Source of the DNA: an uncultured Gammaproteobacteria bacterium
GTDB lineage: Bacteria; Patescibacteriota; Microgenomatia; Levybacterales; UBA12049
Length of the DNA: 64,000 bases
Direction: 5' to 3'
Assembly: GCA_964503265.1 (NCBI GenBank)
Contig: CAZCYO010000003.1
Span: forward strand, 23,740-87,739
A model generated the notes under the pieces. That model did no database searches, was not told where the DNA came from, and saw only the letters and a list, made by a program, of their open reading frames with translations. Shown in pieces: positions 44,137-53,631 of this stretch. Numbering within the stretch: the stretch's first letter is position 1; every line of letters begins with the position of its first letter. The translations under genes were made by a program, and so were the position numbers.

Positions 44137-45870
44137 TTAACGGCAAAATAGATCGAAGCGTTGCATATAGATAGTTGCTGTTTGATCTTGTTGTTGTGTT
44201 AGTAATGAAATCAAGAACGACAGTACTTGGCAATTGTTTGGATCTTTCTGAAGAATTGCTTGAGCTGTCGATATCTCTTGTGCTGGTAATTGTACTGTTA
44301 TATAAAAATTCATTAGCTGGAGGAGTTCTTGGTGTGAGTATGTTTCCATCTGTGATACAAAAAACGTGTTAGGGCTCATACCAAATTTCTTAATAAGTGA
44401 CTCATGTTCAGGAATATTTTTAACTAAAATAATCACATCATGGTCGAGGTAAATAGGCACCCAGGTTTTGTTTTGTATGATTGATTGTAAGAACGTCTTT
44501 GCCCATGGCGTTTGATCAGTATGTGCAAAAAAAAGTGTTTTAAACTGATATTTCTTATCAATTGAACTAAATACTGCAGGATCTTCTTGCATGGGAATAT
44601 AAGTTTTTTGAATAAATGACGAAGGGTATGCTTCAGGTCTTCCATCGATAAATACACGTTGTGTTGGGAAAATGCGGTATTCGAGATAACTGCCAATATC
44701 AAAATTATTAAATACTGGTCCTGAGAGTTTATTTTTACTATAAAAATCAGCTGCTTTTTCTGCACCTGTTATTTTCCCAAATCCAAATCCTCGTTGTGAA
44801 ACAGTAGAAGGTATTGTCCATAAGAAAAGACATACGAGAAGGTAGGGAGTTATGATAAGTGTCAATTTTGTAAAAGATGAGGTTGGAAGGAGTGGCTTTA
44901 TCCAGTTGAACACTGCAGAAAGCGCAAGAGATGCTGGGATAATAGTCGCAAGAACAAAAAGAGGGAAGTTGCGAACAGCACTTGCACCAAGATACGTAAA
45001 CGTAATTGCGAGTAACCAGTCGATTGGTCTTGTCTTTTTGATGACAGAAAAGAGTGAAATAAACAGTAGCAAAACAGATATTTTGAAATAGGGGATAGTA
45101 GGCTTTGCAAATAAGCTTTCAAGCAAGAAAATAGTTTGATTTTCCTCTACTGTGTATCCATAATTTTGGAAAATATGAAACGGATAGAGTGCACCTATAA
45201 TGCCATTTGGATTTAGTAGTGTAACTAGCGTTGAGAAAACTACAACAAAAAGGAGTAGTAACGTACTCGGATTATATAATTTTTTGCGATTATTCAGTAC
45301 ATTATCAATAAAAAATAAACCAAGTACGACAATTCCAATAATAAATGAAATATGAAGTTGTACCCATAATAGTTCGAGTGGAATTAGCAATAAAATCCAT
45401 TTCGTGTAGTTCTCTCGATAATGATACAAACTAACGAGAAAAATACTCAGTAATAAATAGCCAAACATTTCAGGTCTAATGTCTGTTCGTTCAAACAATA
45501 CTCTCAGATAAAAAAATGAAAGAAGACTTGTTGGAATAATACGTGCTTTTTTAGCACTATAGAAAAAAACGAGGCCAAATGCGATAACCACGATACTCGT
45601 CATCAGTAGCAGTAGTCCGTTTTCACCAGCCAAACCATAAAACAGATAGAAAAGTACTTCAGAGAGATAATGATGGTTAATAAATGGGAACGTCGGATAC
45701 GTATATGAGAGAAGATTTATACTCGGGACGGAGTGATTTATAAGAATCTGTTGTCCCATGAGAAGATGTCTACCCAGATCTTGAGTAAAAGCAGTAATAG
45801 GATGGAAGAACCCTGCAACAAGAAGTGAAAAAACGCTTAGACTGAGTAGCCACCATACAAAAGATTTCAT
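44137..45870 (-). CDS. large polytopic membrane protein, possible GT-C-fold glycosyltransferase
   Basis: 577 aa with more than 10 TM helices and a periplasmic loop. No definitive motif. Confidence 0.35.
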   Translation of the reverse strand: MKSFVWWLLSLSVFSLLVAGFFHPITAFTQDLGRHLLMGQQILINHSVPSINLLSYTYPTFPFINHHYLSEVLFYLFYGLAGENGLLLLMTSIVVIAFGLVFFYSAKKARIIPTSLLSFFYLRVLFERTDIRPEMFGYLLLSIFLVSLYHYRENYTKWILLLIPLELLWVQLHISFIIGIVVLGLFFIDNVLNNRKKLYNPSTLLLLFVVVFSTLVTLLNPNGIIGALYPFHIFQNYGYTVEENQTIFLLESLFAKPTIPYFKISVLLLFISLFSVIKKTRPIDWLLAITFTYLGASAVRNFPLFVLATIIPASLALSAVFNWIKPLLPTSSFTKLTLIITPYLLVCLFLWTIPSTVSQRGFGFGKITGAEKAADFYSKNKLSGPVFNNFDIGSYLEYRIFPTQRVFIDGRPEAYPSSFIQKTYIPMQEDPAVFSSIDKKYQFKTLFFAHTDQTPWAKTFLQSIIQNKTWVPIYLDHDVIILVKNIPEHESLIKKFGMSPNTFFVSQMETYSHQELLQLMNFYITVQLPAQEISTAQAILQKDPNNCQVLSFLISLLTQQQDQTATIYMQRFDLFCR

Positions 45871-45875
45871 TGAGA

Positions 45876-47405
45876 TTATATCGTCTCGTAGCGCGGGCGA
45901 AATTGCAATGCTTCAGCGATATGATTTGGGGCGATCATATGCGTATTTTCTAAATCAGCGATTGTTCGTGCGAGCTTAATGATGCGATGATACGATCTGC
46001 CAGAAAGTTTAAATGTCGTGATTGCTTTACGAAGCAAATCAGTACATTCAGGTGTAAGTTCGCAAAACTCTTTCATGGTTTTGCTACTAATTTCGCTATT
46101 TGATGAAATCGGCGTGTTTGCAAAGCGTTTTGTCTGGATATCACGTGCTTTTTGAACACGAGCTCGAATTATAGCGGATGTTTCGTTTTGAGAAAGGTCT
46201 TCTTCTGTTAACTTACTCACTTCAACTGCTGGAACCTCAAGGTGAATATCTATGCGATCAAGTAGTGGTCCAGAAATTTTTTTCTGATAGCGTGAAATTT
46301 GCATGGGGTTACATGAACATTCGTGCGATTTATCTGTCAAATAGCCACACGGGCAAGGATTTTGTGCGACAACAAGCATACATTTGGCTGGGAACGTAGT
46401 TTTTCCACTCGCTCTTGAAATATGAACCATGCCGTCTTCAATTGGTTGTCGAAGCGCTTCTAAGATTTGTCTTGGGAATTCAGGAAATTCATCGAGAAAC
46501 AGGACACCCCGATGTGCAAGCGTTATTTCTCCTGGACGAGGGTTACTACTTCCACCAATCAATCCGACCAGTGACGTAGTGTGATGCGGGGAACGAAATG
46601 GGCGAGTTGTGATAAATGCTTCTCGATCAAGTAACCCAGAAATACTATAAATCTTCGTGACATCAACCGCTTCGTCAAATGTGAGTCGGGGCAGAATAGA
46701 TGGAAGCGTTCGAGCAAGTAATGTTTTGCCGGCGCCTGGTGGTCCTGAAAAACGCATATTATGTCCGCCCGCTGCTGCTATTTCACATGCACGCTTAGCC
46801 TGGTGCTGCCCTTTAATATCTTTCATATCGAATTCAAATGTTTCAAACTGTTTCTTTTCACTGATATTTGTATGTTCGATTTGTGAAAGGATGTGTTGTT
46901 TTGATAGATGTCTAAAAAGTGATAGTAAGCTATTTACTCCGTACATCGTTACACCTTGTATAATCGATGCTTCTGTCCCGTTATCTTCTGGAATAAAGAC
47001 TTCACTAATCTCGTACTTCTTACTCATGAGAATTTGGGGAAGAATGCCACTCGCTTTTCTCACACGACCATCAAGTGACAGCTCGCCAACGACTAATGTA
47101 TTCGCAAGGTCTGCTTTGACTTGTTCTGAAGCGAGAAGAATTCCGATAGCGATTGGTAAATCATAGTAAGGTCCTTCTTTGGGAAGATCGGCAGGAGCGA
47201 GATTAATCGTAATACGACGAGCGGGAAAATCAGCGCCTGAATTGCGAATTGCAGATCTAACGCGTTCTTTAGCCTCTTCAACGGCTTTATCAGGAAGACC
47301 GACGATCGTGAAGGAGGGAAGACCCTGTGAGGCAATATCGATCTCTACCTCAATTGGTACAGCATCAAGTCCCACTACAGCGGCCGAAAGAACCTTAGCG
47401 AGCAT
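45876..47405 (-). CDS. comM: YifB/ComM family Mg-chelatase-like AAA+ ATPase
   Basis: Lon-like N-domain, IKGQHQAKRACEIAAAGGHNMRFSGPPGAGKT Walker A, ChlI-type C-terminal region. I trimmed the start to MLAKVLSA. Confidence 0.8.
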   Translation of the reverse strand: MLAKVLSAAVVGLDAVPIEVEIDIASQGLPSFTIVGLPDKAVEEAKERVRSAIRNSGADFPARRITINLAPADLPKEGPYYDLPIAIGILLASEQVKADLANTLVVGELSLDGRVRKASGILPQILMSKKYEISEVFIPEDNGTEASIIQGVTMYGVNSLLSLFRHLSKQHILSQIEHTNISEKKQFETFEFDMKDIKGQHQAKRACEIAAAGGHNMRFSGPPGAGKTLLARTLPSILPRLTFDEAVDVTKIYSISGLLDREAFITTRPFRSPHHTTSLVGLIGGSSNPRPGEITLAHRGVLFLDEFPEFPRQILEALRQPIEDGMVHISRASGKTTFPAKCMLVVAQNPCPCGYLTDKSHECSCNPMQISRYQKKISGPLLDRIDIHLEVPAVEVSKLTEEDLSQNETSAIIRARVQKARDIQTKRFANTPISSNSEISSKTMKEFCELTPECTDLLRKAITTFKLSGRSYHRIIKLARTIADLENTHMIAPNHIAEALQFRPRYETI

Positions 47406-47514
47406 ATAAAAATATAGTAGCAAAAGTATCAAGAGTATCAAAGGTATCAGGAGTATTGTAGAAAACACGTCATCCTGGAGCGAAGCAATAAGAGCTCATA
47501 AGGAGAGTTTGGGT

Positions 47515-47548
47515 GTAGGTTTCGGGATCGAACTAAATCGATCCCGAA
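47515..47548. other. perfect 14-bp stem hairpin GGTTTCGGGATCGA-ACTAAA-TCGATCCCGAAACC
   Basis: Lies between the 3' end of the 47573-47983 gene and the comM start. There is no U-run, so it is not a classical terminator. Confidence 0.5.
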
Positions 47549-47572
47549 ACCAGGGAATGTGTCTTGCGAATG

Positions 47573-47983
47573 TCAGCTTAGGACGACCTCCTTTACTAAG
47601 GGGAAAATAATGTCTTTAATCCATTCTAGTGGCTCGCACTCATCATCTCCCGCACAAGTGTGAAGAACCCCATTAAATATGGGATCTTCCCAGCTAGCCG
47701 GAAACGGACGAAGTTCTGATCGTAGAGCATCGAAGACGACTTGGACTCCGATTCGAATGCCGATTAAGATGAAATTCTCGACAGGTGTCTGAATAGATCC
47801 CATAGCGTCAACCCAAGAGTCAGAGTCTTCTCCACGTCCTGTGATGAGCTGTTCGATCTGCCACCCCTCCATCACCATATGGAGAAGTAGGTCCGCATGG
47901 ATTTCTTGGTACCTCTTGATTTCCTTGATGATGATCGCTCGTTCTTCCTCGTTTAGGAGAGGAAGAATTGTTGAGATGGCCAT
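47573..47983 (-). CDS. hypothetical protein
   Basis: I chose the start at MAISTILP. Moderately GC-enriched. No motif. Confidence 0.35.
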   Translation of the reverse strand: MAISTILPLLNEEERAIIIKEIKRYQEIHADLLLHMVMEGWQIEQLITGRGEDSDSWVDAMGSIQTPVENFILIGIRIGVQVVFDALRSELRPFPASWEDPIFNGVLHTCAGDDECEPLEWIKDIIFPLVKEVVLS

Positions 47984-48008
47984 GGATTTATTCCTCTCTG
48001 TCTGAAGC

Positions 48009-48368
48009 TTACTTTTCCGACTGGACTTCAGCCGGAATGTCACTGAGATGGATCGATGTCGCACCAGACTCTTGGGCATCTCGGTAAGTAAGAAGAGACA
48101 TAGATGCCACTCCTTCTTTATTTGAGATAGCCCTGTAGACTACGAGGTCGCCTTTTTTGAGTGTGATACAGAAGTCTTTGACCATAAAACCGTCGCGTGG
48201 GAAAGTTAGATAAAAGTTTAGTACGAAGTCGTTGAGATTAACTTCCCATGTGAGCCTATACTCCTGGCCATGGAAGCTAATGGGTATCGATGTTTTAGGT
48301 GGTTCGTTGCCAAATTCCTCTATTTTCATCCCAACCTCCATGATTTTCATGTGATCCTCCAGAAACAA
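48009..48368 (-). CDS. hypothetical protein
   Basis: 119-aa ORF upstream of and co-oriented with the 47573-47983 gene. Confidence 0.35.
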   Translation of the reverse strand: MFLEDHMKIMEVGMKIEEFGNEPPKTSIPISFHGQEYRLTWEVNLNDFVLNFYLTFPRDGFMVKDFCITLKKGDLVVYRAISNKEGVASMSLLTYRDAQESGATSIHLSDIPAEVQSEK

Positions 48369-48401
48369 TCTCTTTAACCATCCGTAACCACTACGGGGTC
48401 A

Positions 48402-48460
48402 GTAGAGATCGACGAGAAAGAAGGGGAGTGGAACTTCCTTCTCGTCGATCTCTACAGTAT
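48402..48460. other. long near-perfect inverted repeat (at least 17-bp arms) GTAGAGATCGACGAGAA...TTCTCGTCGATCTCTAC
   Basis: Read directly from the sequence. Located ~35 nt upstream of the start of the 48009-48368 minus-strand gene. Confidence 0.6.
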
Positions 48461-48725
48461 TCGCAAGTTATTAACGTGCAAGACACAAAAACTGTGAATG
48501 AAAAAGTTTTCAGAAACGCATATGTTTTTGAAGCTATTTCAATGGAAGTATGATAGCAGATCAATCGAACAAGGTCAAACTATAAGACTTGATAGAGGAG
48601 GGCAGGGGAGAATGGATAGTGTATGACTGTCTCAGATGTATCTATGTAAAGAAAAAAAATAAAATAAAGTATGTAATCTACATATGTATTGTCTATAGAA
48701 AGAAACGTAACTAGGGGAGAGTGGG

Positions 48726-48754
48726 GGAGAAAATTGACACAATTTTAATTACTC
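48726..48754 (+). promoter_or_regulatory. sigma-70-type promoter TTGACA-17 nt-TAGAAT
   Basis: ttgacacaattttaattactcactagaat. Consensus -35 and near-consensus -10 with 17-nt spacing, ~15 nt upstream of the 48770 ORF. Confidence 0.55.
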
Positions 48755-48769
48755 ACTAGAATAGGCCAC

Positions 48770-49375
48770 ATGCAAAAAGGTGAAATCATTCACATGAGTG
48801 AATTTAGAGCGAGACAACACAAAGTACCTGATGAAGGTGAAAGAGCTAACGTAACCGATCTTACAACTGCACGAAGACGCGGAAGACTTGATCTTTATTT
48901 GCCGAGAGAAGAACGAGGTGTGTATAACGGTGTACAGATACCAAGTAGGGATGCATTGTATGACGAAAGCGTTATGCGAATTGGTGAAAAAACAGTCGCA
49001 GATGTAACCACAGAATATCAAGAAAGGGAGTATCCCAATGATTCGATTCGAAATGAAGCGTTATTATCATTACAGGAACGACTTTTTATCGCTCGATCAC
49101 AATATATTGCTGGTAATCTAGGAAGAAGTAGGAGGCAGCCTGCGATGATTGAATTGGCTAACTATACCTGGGGAGTAGGAAGGGAAGATGGTCTACCTGG
49201 TCTGAAAGGTATAGTCGCTACCAAATTAATAGATATGTATGGAGTACAAACTGCTGAACAAATACAAGCAGCGTTGAAGCTGCTCGATACAATATACGAA
49301 AATGAAAAAAAAAGACAAGCACAAATTCCTGCAGCTCCAATAGTATCAAGAAGTGGGTTAACTCGAATAAAATAG
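48770..49375 (+). CDS. hypothetical protein
   Basis: 201-aa ORF. No motif recognised. Confidence 0.4.
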   Translation: MQKGEIIHMSEFRARQHKVPDEGERANVTDLTTARRRGRLDLYLPREERGVYNGVQIPSRDALYDESVMRIGEKTVADVTTEYQEREYPNDSIRNEALLSLQERLFIARSQYIAGNLGRSRRQPAMIELANYTWGVGREDGLPGLKGIVATKLIDMYGVQTAEQIQAALKLLDTIYENEKKRQAQIPAAPIVSRSGLTRIK

Positions 49376-49586
49376 ATTATATAAAGGGGAAGAGGAGAGA
49401 GGGAAATTGATATAGTTTGATATGATACACAATGATATAGTTATAGTAATACGAAAAAAATACGAATGACTTTTCACGACTTTTCACAGGATTACGCATT
49501 TGAGGCTAAATGTGGATAACTTAACAGAATCAACTGATGACTGCTAACTCCTTGACACCTCGCCTGGGACTGCGATACCATATATT

Positions 49587-50735
49587 ATGGAGTCACCAAA
49601 AAAATCTTTTGCACAAGCGCTCACATTTGATGACATCTTATTGCTCCCCTCTTATAGCGATTTTAATAGGGGGGACATTACTCTCAAAACTCGCCTCACC
49701 CGAAAAATTGATCTCACACTCCCCTTTCTCTCCTCTCCTATGGATACGGTTACTGAATGGAAATTAGCTGTCAGTTTAGGAAAGCTTGGCGGTATCGGTT
49801 TTCTTCATCGCAACCTCTCTGTTCCCCAGCAAGCAACGCAAGTAACACGTGTTAAACAAAAAGGAGTGCTCGTGGGAGCTGCAGTTGGTGCCAGTAGTGG
49901 TGTAGAAAAGCGTATAGAGGCTTTGGTGACGTCGGGTGTGGATGTACTTCTTATTGATTCGGCACATGGATATACGAAGAGCGTTATAGAGACACTTTCT
50001 TGGATTAAAAAGAAGTATCCATCGATGCAAGTAATAGCTGGAAGCGTCGCAACATTCGACGGCGCGAAAACACTGATCGCTGCTGGTGCAGATGCGCTGC
50101 GTGTGGGTATGGGGCCAGGTGCGATATGTACGACTCGAATAATCTCAGGGATGGGTGTGCCCCAAGTGACGGCGATTCAGGAAACAGTCAGGGCATCCAT
50201 GTCGCACAATATCCCAGTAATTGCTGATGGGGGCATAAAGTATTCTGGCGATATGGTAAAAGCGTTAGCTCTTGGTGCAAGTAGTGTGATGATGGGAAGT
50301 TTTTTTGCGTCAAGTAAAGAATCTCCAGGAAAAAAAGTGGTTTTAGAACGCTCTCATGTCCCCCATCGGTTTTTAAGTATCTTTGATCCAAAGAAAAAAA
50401 CGATGATGTTTAAAGCATATCGAGGAATGGGATCTGTTGGTGCGATGAAACAAGGAGCGAAAGTAAAATCTGAAGATGAGTTTCATGGGAAAAGTTACTA
50501 TAAGGAAAAAACTTTAGTAGCTGAAGGCGTTGAGGGTCTCGTTCCAATTCGTGGTACCGTTGAGGAGCTCATCGCACAAGCGGTAGGTGGAATTACGTCA
50601 GGGATGTTTTATGTCGGAGCACGAACGATTGAGGAATTACAACAAAAAGCCCAGTTCGTTCAGATCACCCAAGCATCTCTCATCGAATCCCATCCTCACG
50701 ACATTATTGTTACAAATCCTGGTGAAAATTATTAA
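49587..50735 (+). CDS. guaB: IMP dehydrogenase / GMP reductase family protein lacking the CBS subdomain
   Basis: Catalytic loop [11 protein letters not shown], and GGIKYSGD. Only 382 aa, so no CBS pair. GuaB versus GuaC cannot be resolved by eye. Confidence 0.7.
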   Translation: MESPKKSFAQALTFDDILLLPSYSDFNRGDITLKTRLTRKIDLTLPFLSSPMDTVTEWKLAVSLGKLGGIGFLHRNLSVPQQATQVTRVKQKGVLVGAAVGASSGVEKRIEALVTSGVDVLLIDSAHGYTKSVIETLSWIKKKYPSMQVIAGSVATFDGAKTLIAAGADALRVGMGPGAICTTRIISGMGVPQVTAIQETVRASMSHNIPVIADGGIKYSGDMVKALALGASSVMMGSFFASSKESPGKKVVLERSHVPHRFLSIFDPKKKTMMFKAYRGMGSVGAMKQGAKVKSEDEFHGKSYYKEKTLVAEGVEGLVPIRGTVEELIAQAVGGITSGMFYVGARTIEELQQKAQFVQITQASLIESHPHDIIVTNPGENY

Positions 50736-50845
50736 CGTATAAATTCGAATATCGAAGCACGAAATCCGAAAGAGTTCAAAGTTTTCCCTCTGAGCGAAGT
50801 CGAAGTGGCAATCTTATTTCGAGTTTCGAAAATCGGACTTCGAAT

Positions 50846-51886
50846 TTAGAGGTAAGCGTTTAACCCTCCTTTCGGGACAAATGTTGAAGCAAATGCAATC
50901 TTATTGCAGCGTTTTAATTCTTGTTCTGTGAGCATTTTTGTATCAAGCAAATACTGGAACTGAGAGCGTAGATGTGCGTGTTTAATCATCTCTGGCCAGT
51001 CTGTGTTGATTGTAAAAAGTACCTTATTTTCGATAAGTGTTCGTAAGATAAAGCATAACTCGTCTTCATTTTCTATCGCTTTTGTTGCGAGATTAGACAT
51101 TGGACAGACTTCAAGAATTATGTCTCTTTTTACGAGTTCTTTCATAAGCGTCTTGTCATACGCAGCTTGAACACCATGCCCGATTCTTGTTGGATGAATA
51201 AATTCTAATGCATCCCACATATCGTTCACTTCTTTGAGTTCTCCTGAATGGGATGTGACTTTTAGACCTGCTTTTTTCGCTTTTGTCATGAGTTTTGTGT
51301 AATCTTTAAAGTGAAAACCTTTTGATTTGGGTCCGGCAAAATCAATTCCGACTACTCCCCTTCTATGATACTTAATTGCTTTATCGACAATAATTTCATT
51401 GAGTTCATATGGGAATTCACGAGCAAGGCAGAAAATGAGACCGGCAGAGAGGTCCGTATATTCCAGGAGTGCTCGCTCCATCCCCCGAAGCATCGCCATA
51501 ATGATGTGGTCAAGATCGACAATCCCACCATTATTATGTTTCATAGGATTATTTCTAAGCTCGATTAGGGTAATATAATTAGCCCTATAGGCGCCACTCA
51601 TGATTTCATAGGTTGCACGTTCAACTGCATAGGTTCCAGAGCTAAGTGGATCGAGAAGCGGGTGATAAATTTCGGCAAAGTAGTCATTTATTGATTTAGT
51701 TTTTGTCGCTGAGATCGTAATATATTCGATAAACTCATGATACCCTTTTTTGGGTAGTTTAAATCCCTGATCATGTGCTATTTGCCAATAAATAGATGGA
51801 TGAATTGATGCACCTAAATGAGCATGCAAATCTGCTAAAGGAAAAGAAGGAAAATGAGATGAAGGTGAGAAGCGGACAGGCTCCAT
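50846..51886 (-). CDS. adenosine/AMP deaminase family metallohydrolase
   Basis: LADLHAHLGAS N-terminal metal-binding motif, HSGE, and C-terminal INTDWPEM in place of the SxNTDDP motif. Confidence 0.6.
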   Translation of the reverse strand: MEPVRFSPSSHFPSFPLADLHAHLGASIHPSIYWQIAHDQGFKLPKKGYHEFIEYITISATKTKSINDYFAEIYHPLLDPLSSGTYAVERATYEIMSGAYRANYITLIELRNNPMKHNNGGIVDLDHIIMAMLRGMERALLEYTDLSAGLIFCLAREFPYELNEIIVDKAIKYHRRGVVGIDFAGPKSKGFHFKDYTKLMTKAKKAGLKVTSHSGELKEVNDMWDALEFIHPTRIGHGVQAAYDKTLMKELVKRDIILEVCPMSNLATKAIENEDELCFILRTLIENKVLFTINTDWPEMIKHAHLRSQFQYLLDTKMLTEQELKRCNKIAFASTFVPKGGLNAYL

Positions 51887-51916
51887 AATCTAGTGTATCA
51901 CGAAAAAAACGAGTTG

Positions 51917-53560
51917 TTAAGCAGGGTTATTTCCAGGGAATTCGAGAAAGTTATCTCGCTTAGGGCCGGTGGTCGCAGCCACAATCGGTACACCAGTCCG
52001 CGCTTGGATAAATGCAAGGTATTTCTTTGCATTTTCAGGTAAAGAATCAAAGGTTGTAGCGTTTTGAGCTGCTTCACCATCCCAGCCTGGTAACTCTACG
52101 TATTGTGCTGTAAGAGTGTTTAAGTAGCGTAGGTCTGGTCGATAACCAACATCATTTCCATTACTATCTTTGTAATGAGTGGCTACTCTAATTGGTTGAT
52201 CTGCTTTAGCGACATCCAGATGTGTAATCGCTAAGCTATTAACTCCCCCAACTTTAAGATTAAAAGAAAGTGCTGCTAAGTCTAAATGATTCATATCTCT
52301 CCAGCGTCCAGTTGTCGTACCTCGTTCATTTGCTACGTCGCGCACCCAAGCTCCGTATTTTTGTTCCGACGTCGCATCCGGCGGGAGATCATTTGTGTTT
52401 CTCGGGAGGTCTATATGTGTTGGCATATGTCTAGCTCCCACACTTGAAGGGTTATGTTTAATAACTGCCATTCGTTTTTGTGTTTGATCAATGGTCCAGA
52501 ATCCTTGTGTACCCTCTGTAATACCATGTGCTGTGGTATTAGAAGCTGTAACATCAGGATATGTTCCAAGCCATGCATGAAGTCCGACTGCTTGTGCACC
52601 TTCAAAAACTACTCCTTTTTGGACATCTCTGAGTGTTTCTTCATGGATAGTCCATGTTTCTCGTACCATATTACGGCTTTCAAGCCATGATCTTGCATCT
52701 GAGAGACGGTCAATAAATTCATCTTTTGTACCTACTGTTCGTTTCTGGGCTTTTCCTTCTTTCACTGTGGCTGCAAAATCTGGTACTTCGACTGTTGCCA
52801 GGTCGCGACCATGTACTGCAGTGAGCATCCTACTGAGCTGATCATATTTTTTGCCAAGAGTATCTTTCCACGCATCACTCATAAAATCATGAATTTTTAA
52901 GCCTGTACGGTCATAGTGTCCGGCATATGAAGGGCCAATACCTCTACTTGTTCCGCCTGATGCATTATGTGTCAGAAGTGTATTCGCCCATTCCATAACA
53001 CGCTCCAAGTCCGTATTGAGAATTGCATTCTCCGAAACATATAGTTTATCTCTGATATCTCCAATACTTGGTTCAGCTTCAACGTATCCTACTTCTGTTC
53101 TTAAATCTTCTGGATTTACAACGACACCACTATCTATGATTCCAACAGCTTCTGGATACATAACACCAGACGGAACGACGTGAAGTGCTAGTTTTACTTC
53201 TCGTTTGACACCGTCTTCTTCAATTTCTTTTTGGATAGTATGTCCTGCGTTATTCCCTCCCTGGTATCTGATGACATTGACGCGTTTTGCTTTTCTCAGT
53301 TGCAGCATTGAGTCGATTTCGTTGTCGACAAGTCTTCCTTTCCCTTCATCCCCTAATTGCCCACCGATGATAATACTGCGAGATGACTCTGTCGCGAGGC
53401 GTGTAAATAATTGTTGTGCGAGCTCAGGAGATCCTACGATTGTTTCGCCGTGTTTATAAATTTTATCGTAATCTTCAGTAACGTTTTCCCATGGTTGGAG
53501 TGCTCGACTGTTAAGAAGATCTGAATTTGGTGCAGATGACCGAGTCTCAATGTGAGGCAT
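51917..53560 (-). CDS. purA: adenylosuccinate synthetase (long form with insertions)
   Basis: IIGGQLGDEGKGRL and GGNNAGHTI motifs. 547 aa, versus ~430 typical. Confidence 0.75.
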   Translation of the reverse strand: MPHIETRSSAPNSDLLNSRALQPWENVTEDYDKIYKHGETIVGSPELAQQLFTRLATESSRSIIIGGQLGDEGKGRLVDNEIDSMLQLRKAKRVNVIRYQGGNNAGHTIQKEIEEDGVKREVKLALHVVPSGVMYPEAVGIIDSGVVVNPEDLRTEVGYVEAEPSIGDIRDKLYVSENAILNTDLERVMEWANTLLTHNASGGTSRGIGPSYAGHYDRTGLKIHDFMSDAWKDTLGKKYDQLSRMLTAVHGRDLATVEVPDFAATVKEGKAQKRTVGTKDEFIDRLSDARSWLESRNMVRETWTIHEETLRDVQKGVVFEGAQAVGLHAWLGTYPDVTASNTTAHGITEGTQGFWTIDQTQKRMAVIKHNPSSVGARHMPTHIDLPRNTNDLPPDATSEQKYGAWVRDVANERGTTTGRWRDMNHLDLAALSFNLKVGGVNSLAITHLDVAKADQPIRVATHYKDSNGNDVGYRPDLRYLNTLTAQYVELPGWDGEAAQNATTFDSLPENAKKYLAFIQARTGVPIVAATTGPKRDNFLEFPGNNPA

Positions 53561-53631
53561 ATATGAACTGACGGCAGTATAAAGTCTTGAAAAAGAGTAG
53601 TCAAGTGGAGCTTTTTTATATATACTAAGTT

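Noticed and set aside
47515-47548. Perfect 14-bp hairpin as a rho-independent terminator
   Set aside because: There is no U-tract on either strand after the stem, so I kept it as an unexplained hairpin rather than calling a terminator.
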